From the NCBI GenBank assembly GCA_025058055.1, contig JANXEU010000018.1:1281-65280 (forward strand): 64,000 bases of DNA, in the 5' to 3' direction. This document shows positions 9,255 through 18,033 of the stretch, one piece after another (positions within the stretch are counted from its first letter, which is position 1; each line of letters starts with the position of its first letter). The notes below the pieces were generated by a model, which saw nothing but the letters and a program-made list of their open reading frames with translations, was not told the origin of the DNA and did not search any database. Position numbers and translations under genes: made by a program. The stretch is from Candidatus Calditenuaceae archaeon (GTDB lineage: Archaea > Thermoproteota > Nitrososphaeria_A > Caldarchaeales > Calditenuaceae).

Positions 9255-10538
9255 TTAAAGGTGCTCTGCGGCGTCCTGCTCGTGAAGCGAAAGTGGCCTG
9301 ACTATGTGCCGCCTTGCCGAGACGGCGACCTCGTAGAACCCCTCAACGATCTCCCTACCGACCTTCACACTCACCTTGTTCAAGTCGGGGCCGTAGAACC
9401 CGCATCTCCTACACCTGTAGCCTTTGCCTTTACCGACCGACTTCATCGATTTCCTGCAATGGGGGCAACGTGGCGCCCTCTCAACGATCAGGTCTGCCAA
9501 CCTGAGAACCTTGAGCTTCTCGAGGTTGACAGTTAGCCCCTCGGGCTTCTCCTTTACAGACCCGAAGACCACGACCTCGTCGCTCAGTACAAGCTTCGAG
9601 ACGACTCTCCTGATCTCACCTGTAGGCTCGTAGACGGCAACCACCACGCGTCCGCTACCATCAGAGACCTCGAAGAACACATGACCGCCTTGCGTCACTG
9701 TCGGACTTCGCACGACACGTCCCCTGATGACGACTGAAGTCAGAGGTCTGATCGATCCGATGTCGCAAGTGACGTAGTGTAAGTCCGTGGCCTGATTAGT
9801 CCTGAAGACCTCGTAGAACTCGATGGGTTCACCGAGCTTCAGCGTCGAGAGAGCGTAGGGGAGGACGTCGGGGTTCAGACCTCTAATCCCAAGAAGCACG
9901 GGGCAGGGAGTGTGTGGAGTCACTCTCACTTCGTCCTTCTCGTAGTCGTAGTTGTCGAACGTTAGTTGTCCGAACATCCTGTCCATCTCCTTAACAGATT
10001 CGGGATCGACTAACCTCTCTTTCCCCCACATGACCTTAGACCTGTAGGCGAGGAGCTCGTAAGTGGTCAGAGTTTCCTCGATGGCTCCAACAGCAGCAAC
10101 GGCACCGATTAGTCCCCTCGACTCGCCGACCGCCCAATAGTCAAGCGAGTTGGACTCGCACAACTCGACCGTCTCTTCGAGATCGACCAGCTCTCTCACA
10201 GCCTTAAGGTAGAACTCGTGAAGATGAGACCTCGTCTCAGCATCGAACGCCACCACTCCCGGATCTGCTCCACGTCCAGTGTCGGCGAGCTCCATCACCG
10301 TCTCTACGACGGTGTCCCAAACCTCCTCGAACCTTGGGGGCTCCAGATCTAGCGGAATGCACACAGCAGCGTTACCTCTCGTCTTGAAAGGACAGTTAGG
10401 GTTCAACCTCACCAGCCAAGGGTAATCGGCCCGCCTCGCGCCAAGCGACTCGGCTCTCTTCATCACGACGGCCCCCACATACGTTGTGCACATCGAGTGC
10501 TTGGAGTCGGTGTCATCGATTCCGATGTACACGCGCAT
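9255..10538 (-). CDS. tiaS: tRNA(Ile2) 2-agmatinylcytidine synthetase
   Basis: N-terminal MRVYIGIDDTDS...CTTY signature, OB-like middle region, C-terminal Zn ribbon CPHC...CRRCG. Confidence 0.85.
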   Translation of the reverse strand: MRVYIGIDDTDSKHSMCTTYVGAVVMKRAESLGARRADYPWLVRLNPNCPFKTRGNAAVCIPLDLEPPRFEEVWDTVVETVMELADTGRGADPGVVAFDAETRSHLHEFYLKAVRELVDLEETVELCESNSLDYWAVGESRGLIGAVAAVGAIEETLTTYELLAYRSKVMWGKERLVDPESVKEMDRMFGQLTFDNYDYEKDEVRVTPHTPCPVLLGIRGLNPDVLPYALSTLKLGEPIEFYEVFRTNQATDLHYVTCDIGSIRPLTSVVIRGRVVRSPTVTQGGHVFFEVSDGSGRVVVAVYEPTGEIRRVVSKLVLSDEVVVFGSVKEKPEGLTVNLEKLKVLRLADLIVERAPRCPHCRKSMKSVGKGKGYRCRRCGFYGPDLNKVSVKVGREIVEGFYEVAVSARRHIVRPLSLHEQDAAEHL

Positions 10539-10663
10539 CCCGAGTATAGAGTCGCTCAGCTGTATATCCGCCTTTTCTGAAAAGGCCCCTCGGACGGAGA
10601 GCTGCCACTTCTCGTGTGGTACATGGCTTAAAGCCCGGTTTGTGGAGACCAGATGGAGCCGAA

Positions 10664-11353
10664 ATGAGCGTAATTGAGGGCGACGCGTCTCTGGTCGTCA
10701 ACGGGTGTTCCTTCGTCAAGAAAGCGTTCTATGATCTACGCGGAGAGAGCTGGTACATTAGCGAAGGCGATGTCCTCAGGATGGGGCTGTTACCAACGAC
10801 TCAGTTCAAGTGGGGAAAAATTACCTCCGTAAAACCGAAGGCGGTAGGAACCATCGTAGAAGAGGGCAGGTCCTTGGCCTTCGTTGAGGCAAAGAGGTTC
10901 GTAGGCCACGTGCCCGCGAAATTCAGAGTGGAGGTCTCGGCGGTCAACGAGGAGTTAAGGAATTCACCTCACCTCTCGCAGACCGACCCATACGGTCTCG
11001 GCTGGATAGTGAAGGTAAAACCGCTCGAAGAAGGTTACGCGCTTAAACTCGAGCCTTTCCACGCGGTCGCCGATATCCTGCTTGAGGAGGTCAAGAGAAA
11101 GGGAATAGTTTGCTTCAAGGAGGTGCCCGACATGGTGATGGCGGCAATCGGAGTCGAGTGCAGTCAGGCGTTGATGGTGCTCTCCGAGAGGATAGAACAG
11201 GTCTCTCCAGGCCAGATCATCCACTTGGTTGCAGAGGGGGACGAGAACTCAGAGCGAGAAGTCCGAACTTGGTCGACCGTAACTGGGCATGAACTCCTCG
11301 ACTTCATGAGGGAGGGAAGGCTAGCTCACGCATTGATCAGGAGGCGTCACTGA
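10664..11353 (+). CDS. Fusion protein: GcvH-like (lipoyl-domain fold) N-terminal half plus TusA/SirA-like sulfur-carrier C-terminal domain
   Basis: DPYGLGWIVKVKP and ..VEAKRFVGH..AVNEEL are colinear with GcvH. The C-terminal GVECSQALM..PGQ..HEL is colinear with E. coli TusA GLRCPEPVM..PGE..HEL. ATG 10664 is preferred over ORF-track start 10616 because a CTTAAAG box lies about 30 nt upstream. Confidence 0.7.
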   Translation: MSVIEGDASLVVNGCSFVKKAFYDLRGESWYISEGDVLRMGLLPTTQFKWGKITSVKPKAVGTIVEEGRSLAFVEAKRFVGHVPAKFRVEVSAVNEELRNSPHLSQTDPYGLGWIVKVKPLEEGYALKLEPFHAVADILLEEVKRKGIVCFKEVPDMVMAAIGVECSQALMVLSERIEQVSPGQIIHLVAEGDENSEREVRTWSTVTGHELLDFMREGRLAHALIRRRH

Positions 11354-11392
11354 ATCTCTTTCATTAGGAACCGGGGATAGGTACAGTTCAGG

Positions 11393-12307
11393 ATGGGCGT
11401 GGCTCTGGAGTCGGAGGACCTCTGGAAGACCTATGACGGTGTCAACTGGGTCCTGAGGGGAGCCTCGCTCGAGGTTGAAGAGGGCGAGGTCTTCGCGATG
11501 TTGGGACGGAACGGTGCTGGAAAGACGACCTTCATCCGGATTGCCAGCACACTGCTGAAGCCCAGCAGGGGCACCGTCAGAGTGTTGGGACGCGACGTCA
11601 TGAGGGAGGCTAAAACTGTGAGGAGGAGGATCGCAATTGTCCCACAGGAGGGAAGGCCTTCCAACCTCTCGACGCCATGGGCTCACGTCTACTATTACCT
11701 AATCGCAAGAGGGATGACCCGTCAGGATGCCGCAAGACGTGCAAGAGAGTACCTCGAGGCGATGGAGCTCTGGGACGTGAGGAACGTCATCTGTGGAAGT
11801 CTCTCAGGCGGATTGAGGCAGAGGGTTTACGTTGCTATGGCCATGGCCACCGAGGCGGAAGTACTTTTCCTCGACGAGCCCACCATCGGCCTTGACCCCA
11901 TTTCTAGAACGACCATGTGGTCTCAGATAAGGAGGTCATCGGAGGAGGGCAGGACAGTTATCGTGACGACGCACAACATGGAAGAGGCTGAGACCATCTC
12001 AGATAGAGTCTCGATCATCAACTCAGGCAGGATCGCCGTGACCGGAAGTGTCGAAGACGTTATGAGAACAGTTCGGTACCAGTACAGAGTCGACGTTGAG
12101 GGGGCCGTTGATGTTACTGAGCTCCGAGGATACGGACTTGTGAGACGGATCGGTGACCGGTACAGGGTGTTAACAGAGGGGACTAAGGCGAGGGAGCTGG
12201 CGGATCTCGCAATCGAGAGAGGATGGAAGGTCAACGTCGCAAGGACTTCGCTCGAGGACGCGTTCGTTCTCTTGGCGGGTGGTAACGTTGAGAACGAAGC
12301 GGCTTGA
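11393..12307 (+). CDS. ABC transporter ATP-binding protein (ABC-2/DrrA type)
   Basis: Walker A GRNGAGKTT, signature LSGGLRQR, Walker B LFLDEPT. Confidence 0.9.
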   Translation: MGVALESEDLWKTYDGVNWVLRGASLEVEEGEVFAMLGRNGAGKTTFIRIASTLLKPSRGTVRVLGRDVMREAKTVRRRIAIVPQEGRPSNLSTPWAHVYYYLIARGMTRQDAARRAREYLEAMELWDVRNVICGSLSGGLRQRVYVAMAMATEAEVLFLDEPTIGLDPISRTTMWSQIRRSSEEGRTVIVTTHNMEEAETISDRVSIINSGRIAVTGSVEDVMRTVRYQYRVDVEGAVDVTELRGYGLVRRIGDRYRVLTEGTKARELADLAIERGWKVNVARTSLEDAFVLLAGGNVENEAA

Positions 12308-12317
12308 GCCACTTCTC

Positions 12318-13055
12318 ATGTTCGTGAAGTCGATATACGCGTCAACGATGCTCTTCGGAGTGATACCTTTCAAACAGAACCCGTTCTGGTCTCTATCTCC
12401 GATGTTGGCGCCGATGGCCTTTCTACTCTTCCTCTCGGTTTACGGAATTAGCGAGATCATTCCCTACGCCTTGATCGGCGGCATGATATCGATCGTTGTA
12501 GCGAACTCGATCACGATGGAATCGGATGCCGCGTTCAACAGACTCATTCTGAGGATTGACGCGATGTTCGTCCTGACTCGGGGAGGACTCATACCTTACG
12601 CGATAGGTCTGGCCTTGGGTAACCTGATCAACGCACTGCCCGGCATACTGGTCTTCGCACTCCTACTCTGGGCCTTAGTAGGACTCGGCGACGCCGGGAG
12701 CTGGGGGGTGATGTTGGGGGCCCTTTCGATAACATGGGCAGTGGTCTCGATGTTCGGTTATTACATCAGCACGTTCGCCAGGGACATCAGAGACTTATGG
12801 GTCTACTCGCCGATATTCACGGGGGCATTCTCGTATCTGCCACCCGTCTTTTACCCGCTGGAAAGGATTCCAGTGCCAGAGCTCAAGTTCCTAGCCTTCC
12901 TTTCACCTACCACCTCGACCGCTCGGCTAATGCAGGGTGCCATGGGTCTGGTGAGCCTTGGTTCCGCCGAGTCGATGATTCTCTGGTTAACTCCCATGAT
13001 TCACGCATCAATCATATTCCTACTTCTACATCTGCGGGTCAGGAAACCGCTTTAG
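12318..13055 (+). CDS. ABC-2 type transporter permease
   Basis: About 6 TM helices immediately downstream of the ATPase. ATG 12318 is chosen instead of the alternative start at 12279. Confidence 0.75.
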   Translation: MFVKSIYASTMLFGVIPFKQNPFWSLSPMLAPMAFLLFLSVYGISEIIPYALIGGMISIVVANSITMESDAAFNRLILRIDAMFVLTRGGLIPYAIGLALGNLINALPGILVFALLLWALVGLGDAGSWGVMLGALSITWAVVSMFGYYISTFARDIRDLWVYSPIFTGAFSYLPPVFYPLERIPVPELKFLAFLSPTTSTARLMQGAMGLVSLGSAESMILWLTPMIHASIIFLLLHLRVRKPL

Positions 13056-13078
13056 CAGCGTAACCTGCAGACCTCACG

Positions 13079-13576
13079 GTGATAAATTGGGAGTTACCGA
13101 AGTTGAGCGTGGAGTTCACGCTGAGGCAAATAGGTGTGGTGAGGGTCGATGCGACAGAGGAGGAGGTCAGAGAGAAGTCAGGGGCGTTGATCGGGCGCGT
13201 TGAGGTCTTCGAGGCCTTCGAGGACGGCCTTCACGGCATCGACGAATACTCGCACCTCTTCTTGATAGCTTATCTGGATAGGGTGCGATACAGGTTGCTC
13301 AGAGTAAAGCCGAGGAGGCTGCTGAGAAAGGGGTTCAGGGAGGAGGAGTTGCCGGAGCTAGGGGTCTTCGCGACCGACTCACCGGTGAGGCCGAACCCCA
13401 TCGCGCTGACCTTGGTCAGACTGTTACGAAGAGAGGGAAGGGTACTGCACGTCGAGGGATTGGACCTCTTCGACGGGACACCGGTGATCGACATTAAACC
13501 CTACAGGTCTGATTACAGAGCTAAGGAATACTCGGTGCCGAAATGGGTCGGATACGACTCGCGTCCCGAGATCTGA
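13079..13576 (+). CDS. trmO: TsaA/YaeB-family tRNA methyltransferase (TrmO-like)
   Basis: FEDGLHGIDEYSHLFLI and DGTPVIDIKPY signature. Confidence 0.8.
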   Translation: MINWELPKLSVEFTLRQIGVVRVDATEEEVREKSGALIGRVEVFEAFEDGLHGIDEYSHLFLIAYLDRVRYRLLRVKPRRLLRKGFREEELPELGVFATDSPVRPNPIALTLVRLLRREGRVLHVEGLDLFDGTPVIDIKPYRSDYRAKEYSVPKWVGYDSRPEI

Positions 13577-13580
13577 GCGG

Positions 13581-14213
13581 TCACTGACCTGATAGGGCCC
13601 TGACCACTAACGACCTGAGTTGTTCGTCAAACCTCTTCAACTTGTAATCTATCGTCGCGTCGATTACCATGCTGCCGTCTGGCCTAGAGGCCCTCACGCC
13701 TCCGATCACGGCAATCGGTTTACCGGAGACTGTGATCTTGACACCTCTCTCTTTGGAGAGTTCCCTTGCTACAGACTTAACGGCCTCCAAGTCATCGGCA
13801 CAGGTCTCCGCGATCACCTCGTCCGTACCCAGGGCGTCAACCGCCTCGTTCAGACTCCTCCTTAGAAAGGCCCTGTAATCCTGGGACTTCCTCATCGATC
13901 TAACTCGCTCAGTCGCTTTCGAGATCGCGAACTCAACCATCCTCTCGATCTCTTCGAGATAGGACCGGCGCGCCTCGAGCTCCAACTGACCTATCCTCCT
14001 CATCATCTCCGACTCGACCTCACGGTTGACGCGCTCCAGTTCCGCCCTCAGCTCCTCTATCGCCCTCCCTCCCTCCGACTCGAGCCTTCCGAGAATCCTC
14101 TTACCGGCCTCGTCGAGCTTGTTCTCGTATTCTATTAGGGCTTCTGAGACGATCTCATCGATAAGCGACTCTAGAGTCACCGGTGCCGACATCACGGCAT
14201 CAAACATCGGCAT
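13581..14213 (-). CDS. atpE: A/V-type ATP synthase subunit E (isolated from other atp genes)
   Basis: Long N-terminal charged helix followed by a C-terminal globular part (IGGVRASRPDGSMVIDATIDYKLKRFDEQLR) typical of subunit E. Confidence 0.65.
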   Translation of the reverse strand: MPMFDAVMSAPVTLESLIDEIVSEALIEYENKLDEAGKRILGRLESEGGRAIEELRAELERVNREVESEMMRRIGQLELEARRSYLEEIERMVEFAISKATERVRSMRKSQDYRAFLRRSLNEAVDALGTDEVIAETCADDLEAVKSVARELSKERGVKITVSGKPIAVIGGVRASRPDGSMVIDATIDYKLKRFDEQLRSLVVRALSGQ

Positions 14214-14324
14214 CCATTTAAGCTGATATCCGAACCGTTCCTACTTAAGGGCGCACATGGCGGAGCCGAGCTTCACGAGGTCACAGACCCACCTTTATGA
14301 GCCCGTTGAGGCGAACACCTTGGG

Positions 14325-14768
14325 TTGAGAACCAGGCTCTTCAGATGTACTAATTGCGATCTCGAGGTTAGGTTGCAGGCGTGGAAGGCGGTCTGTCCTA
14401 GATGCGGTAAGCAGTACACTCTTGCATCAGTCGAGGAGTCCATTCCGAAACCATCGCCCAAGTTCGCTTACGCTTCATCCGCCCTTTTAGCCCTCTCTGG
14501 CGCCTTCGCGGCCGCGCTCGCTTTACCGCTCTGGGGTTTTGCGTTGGCTGCGTCGATGCTGGCCTCTATTGCCGTCTTGACGAGGTCTCTAGGAGGGCAC
14601 GTTGTGGGAGCTGCCGCAGGGATAGCGATCGGCACGGTTTTCGGGGTCCTGATCTCGATCAACGTCCCAATTCTCGCAATGGGTTTAACCTCATCAGCGC
14701 TCTCCGTGTACGACGAGCTCGTTGTTTCGGGGGCGAGGAGGAGGTCTTTTCAGGTCGCTAGCGATTAG
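14325..14768 (+). CDS. Zn-ribbon plus 3-TM membrane protein, hypothetical
   Basis: TTG start; CTNC...CPRCG ribbon, then Ala/Gly-rich TM helices. Confidence 0.45.
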   Translation: MRTRLFRCTNCDLEVRLQAWKAVCPRCGKQYTLASVEESIPKPSPKFAYASSALLALSGAFAAALALPLWGFALAASMLASIAVLTRSLGGHVVGAAAGIAIGTVFGVLISINVPILAMGLTSSALSVYDELVVSGARRRSFQVASD

Positions 14769-14771
14769 AGG

Positions 14772-16577
14772 TCACCTCGTGAGGAAGACTCTCAACCTCT
14801 TGCCCTCCGTCAGGGCCGTGATAATCGCCCTCCCTGCTTCCGTGTCCTTCGAGACCCTAACTCTTCCTTTCTTCCCAACAGTGGCTGTGAGCAAGTACTC
14901 GTCGTCGACGTACACGCCCACCGGCTTACCGGCCTCAACGTCCTTTACTGTCAAGACGAAGGAAGCTCCGACGTCGCTGATGGAGCAATCGACCTCTTCT
15001 CCCACTGCCACCGGAAGCGGGATTATCTTCACCCTGAAACCATGGGCCCTCTCGATCTCTCTGAAGGTCCTGCCGAGGGACCTGGTGACGTCTCGTATTT
15101 CAGACCTTTCAACCATTACAGATACCGAACCATCTGGGGAGCGCTCGACCCGGAAGTCGCTGACGCCGGCACTTGTTAGGAGATCGTTGATCTTGGAGAT
15201 CGCCTCCTCCAGCGCCCTCGGTTTGATCGCGACGACGACCCTCTCGTCGCCGAACGTGTAGATCTCGTATTCCAATTCGCCGGTCTCGAAATCTCTCACC
15301 TCCACAATGGGTCGCACTAGGTCTTCGTTCTTCATGCCCTTCGGTAGCCTGACGACCAACGAGAGCTCGTAAACCTTCTGAACTCTGCCTTCCCTCAGGA
15401 AGATCACAGTGTCGACGACGTTGGGGAGCATGCCGAGCTCTGTCCTCTCGAGGAAGCGCTGTATTGCGTCGATAGGATCGCTTGCATGAATTACCCCCAC
15501 CATTCCCACCCCCGCGAGCCTCATGTCTATGAAGACCTGGAAGTCCCTAGGTCGACGCATCTCGTCGAAGATGGTGAAATCAGGCCGTACGAGAAGTAGA
15601 ACCTCCGCTGTCTTCTCGAAATCACCCTCTAAGGGGCCGTACTGAGTGATCTCCGGCCCCACCAGTAAGTCCCTCGGTGATTCCAGCGTCTTAACGACCT
15701 TCCCTAAGTTAGAGTAGAACTCTGCGAGCGATGACGCGAACGTTGTCTTGCCGGACCCTGGAGGGCCCGCGATGAGTACACCCTCAGCTCGTTTGGAGAG
15801 CCTCGAGATCAGCCGATCGCTGAGGTTGTAATCCTCCAGCTTCAGCCTGACCAGTGGCCTCACTATGGTGAGCTCCAACTCGTCACTGAAGGGAGGCTTT
15901 GCCACTGCAAATCTCAAGTCTCCTAGCTGCGCCACGACCGCACCTTGCCTCACGATCTCTAAGTAGCCGTCCTTGGAGGTCCTCAGGGCCGTGAGGAGTT
16001 CGTCGACGAAAGTCTGTACTTCGTCCTGAGAGAGAGGCTCGTCCCTGAGCTTGACGAGCTGGACTTTGCCCAATGCGCCCGTCTTTGCGATCGGAGGAGC
16101 TCCGACCTTCAGATGTAGGCTCATGGTGTTGTGGGTCATGAACTTCATCACCGATAGCTCGCCGACCTCCTGCTTCCTAGGGACATAAACCGCCTCGACG
16201 CCCTCGGCCTCTGCGACAAGAGCTTGGACGTAGTCGGACGTGTAAAGGATAGCCCTCTCTCTCCTCGCAACGTCTCTGATTAGGGCGTCTATCCGTCCGC
16301 CCCTCGCTAGTCTGATCTCCTCGAGGGTTGGCCTCTCTCCTGCGAACCTGACGATCACCGAGGCTGTATGACCTATCTCCCTGATCCTCTTGATCTCCTC
16401 CAACCCCACGAAACCCTCTGACCTTCCTCTGGAGGCCTGTGCCTGTAACTCGTCAAGGGCAGGAACCGGTATGATGATCTCACAGTCCCTGAGCTCGCCA
16501 CCCTCTATCATTCGCGAGAGGACTCTGTTAATCAGGAGGCTCGTATCGGGGACAACCCTTCTCAGCTGACTCTCCAT
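14772..16577 (-). CDS. PIN domain / PilT-like P-loop ATPase / KH domain protein (COG1855-type)
   Basis: N-terminal PIN (VVPDTSLLINRV), Walker A GPPGSGKTT, C-terminal KH-like region, 601 aa. Confidence 0.8.
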   Translation of the reverse strand: MESQLRRVVPDTSLLINRVLSRMIEGGELRDCEIIIPVPALDELQAQASRGRSEGFVGLEEIKRIREIGHTASVIVRFAGERPTLEEIRLARGGRIDALIRDVARRERAILYTSDYVQALVAEAEGVEAVYVPRKQEVGELSVMKFMTHNTMSLHLKVGAPPIAKTGALGKVQLVKLRDEPLSQDEVQTFVDELLTALRTSKDGYLEIVRQGAVVAQLGDLRFAVAKPPFSDELELTIVRPLVRLKLEDYNLSDRLISRLSKRAEGVLIAGPPGSGKTTFASSLAEFYSNLGKVVKTLESPRDLLVGPEITQYGPLEGDFEKTAEVLLLVRPDFTIFDEMRRPRDFQVFIDMRLAGVGMVGVIHASDPIDAIQRFLERTELGMLPNVVDTVIFLREGRVQKVYELSLVVRLPKGMKNEDLVRPIVEVRDFETGELEYEIYTFGDERVVVAIKPRALEEAISKINDLLTSAGVSDFRVERSPDGSVSVMVERSEIRDVTRSLGRTFREIERAHGFRVKIIPLPVAVGEEVDCSISDVGASFVLTVKDVEAGKPVGVYVDDEYLLTATVGKKGRVRVSKDTEAGRAIITALTEGKRLRVFLTR

Positions 16578-16638
16578 TTCCCCTCATCCCTCGAATTACT
16601 CGTTACCGACATAATAAAACGGTGAAGCCGGCAGGCCG

Positions 16639-17622
16639 TCACTTCCTCTTCAGTACGCGTGCCCCCTCCAGTTCCATCGAGCAGGCTATCGCGGCGCCGA
16701 CTATTGGTGAGTGTTCCCCGAAGACTGGGTCCTCCATCACAGGCGACTCGAGCATCAGGTACCTCTCCATCATCGGAAAGACGTCGTTGACGAAGAAATC
16801 CCTGTTACCGAGATACACAGATCCGCCTAGAACGAGGACCTCAGGATCGAGAACGTTGACAGCTGATGCGAGACCTGCCGCTTGAATGCTGGCGAGCCTC
16901 TCGCAGAACGCGGCAGCGCCTGGGTCTGCAGCCCTGTAGAGCCGAAATACCTCGGAAGGGTCTCGTCCGCCAGAATCGACGTAAGCCCAGAGCTGCGTTG
17001 ATTTCGGTATGTGACCGTCTTCGAGCAGCCTGCGTGCGAAAGCGAGGACGTTTCCGCCCGAGCCATAAGCCTCCCAGTGCCCTTTTCCTCCACATCCGCA
17101 CGGCAGGTACCCACTCGGATCGACGACCACGTGTCCCAGTTCCATAGCGTTACCTCTCCGTCCCAAAAGAGGTCTTGAAGAGAGAACGCAACCAGCGCCG
17201 ATGCCTGTGCTAATGGTAACGTAGAGGAGGTCTTCGACACCCTCAGTCCTCCTAGCCCACCATTCGGCGAGAGCCGCGGCGTTGCAATCATTGATCAGAT
17301 AAACCTCTTCAACGAGACCCAACTCAATAAGGGGACTAGCCACGTCAACTCTAGACGGTCTCCCTACGACGTTGGGTGCCTTCAGTATCTCACCGGCAGT
17401 CGAATCCAGAGGACCGATCGAAGCCACTCCAGCCGCTCTGTGTAACCTCACTCCAGCGATGGTGCTCATCAAGGCAGACCTCAAGGCCTCCGGTATCGCA
17501 TCGCTGTAATGAGTCTGAGGAGTGGGTACCTTCGTGAGCTTGATCAATTTCAGGGAGCTTATATCGACCAGCCCGACCCTTAACCACGTCGCACCTACGT
17601 CTACTGCCAATACAGCCTCCAA
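16639..17622 (-). CDS. ROK-family sugar kinase (glucokinase-like)
   Basis: N-terminal AVDVGATWLRVG; ROK zinc motif CGCGGKGHWEAYGSG. Confidence 0.85.
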   Translation of the reverse strand: MEAVLAVDVGATWLRVGLVDISSLKLIKLTKVPTPQTHYSDAIPEALRSALMSTIAGVRLHRAAGVASIGPLDSTAGEILKAPNVVGRPSRVDVASPLIELGLVEEVYLINDCNAAALAEWWARRTEGVEDLLYVTISTGIGAGCVLSSRPLLGRRGNAMELGHVVVDPSGYLPCGCGGKGHWEAYGSGGNVLAFARRLLEDGHIPKSTQLWAYVDSGGRDPSEVFRLYRAADPGAAAFCERLASIQAAGLASAVNVLDPEVLVLGGSVYLGNRDFFVNDVFPMMERYLMLESPVMEDPVFGEHSPIVGAAIACSMELEGARVLKRK

Positions 17623-17632
17623 TCGCCGTCAC

Positions 17633-17983
17633 CTAGTCCGGCCAGCTCCATGACTTGTACAGCGAGTAGACCTCACCACGCCTGAAGAAGCGGTACCTCA
17701 GATCTGAGAACCTGTAGGGAGTCCTAGGCGCTTGCTCCTCGCACACCCCCTCCTCCTCTGTGACTTTGAACGCAACGACGTCTCCGGCTCTGGAACCGTA
17801 GGGCCAGCTGGCTGAGCTAATTGCGGAAGCTATGAGGGACGCTGCGTGGTCTACAGCACTCTCACGGTCTGCGAAGCATCGAGGGAGATCCGACACCTCG
17901 TCCGAGGGAACCCAACCCCTTCCCTGCACGAACAGAATGATCCTGTACCGCCTCATTGGTTTTCGAAGGCAAGGGTCTCTCAT
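17633..17983 (-). CDS. Hypothetical protein
   Basis: 116-aa ORF 10 nt upstream of the ROK kinase gene. No motif recognised. Confidence 0.4.
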   Translation of the reverse strand: MRDPCLRKPMRRYRIILFVQGRGWVPSDEVSDLPRCFADRESAVDHAASLIASAISSASWPYGSRAGDVVAFKVTEEEGVCEEQAPRTPYRFSDLRYRFFRRGEVYSLYKSWSWPD

Positions 17984-18033
17984 ATTGATTAATCCTCCGA
18001 TACTTATTTTACTGCGATATACGCTCTACGAGC

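Noticed and set aside
14722-15261. 179-aa plus-strand ORF overlapping the PIN/ATPase/KH gene
   Set aside because: It is antisense to a well-supported gene with clear motifs, and its Ser/Thr/Leu-rich composition is typical of shadow frames. The same reasoning applies to 16827-17291(-), 31973-32440(-), 34029-34580(-), 46496-46954(-), 49866-50432(+), 53627-54067(-) and other internal ORFs in the track.
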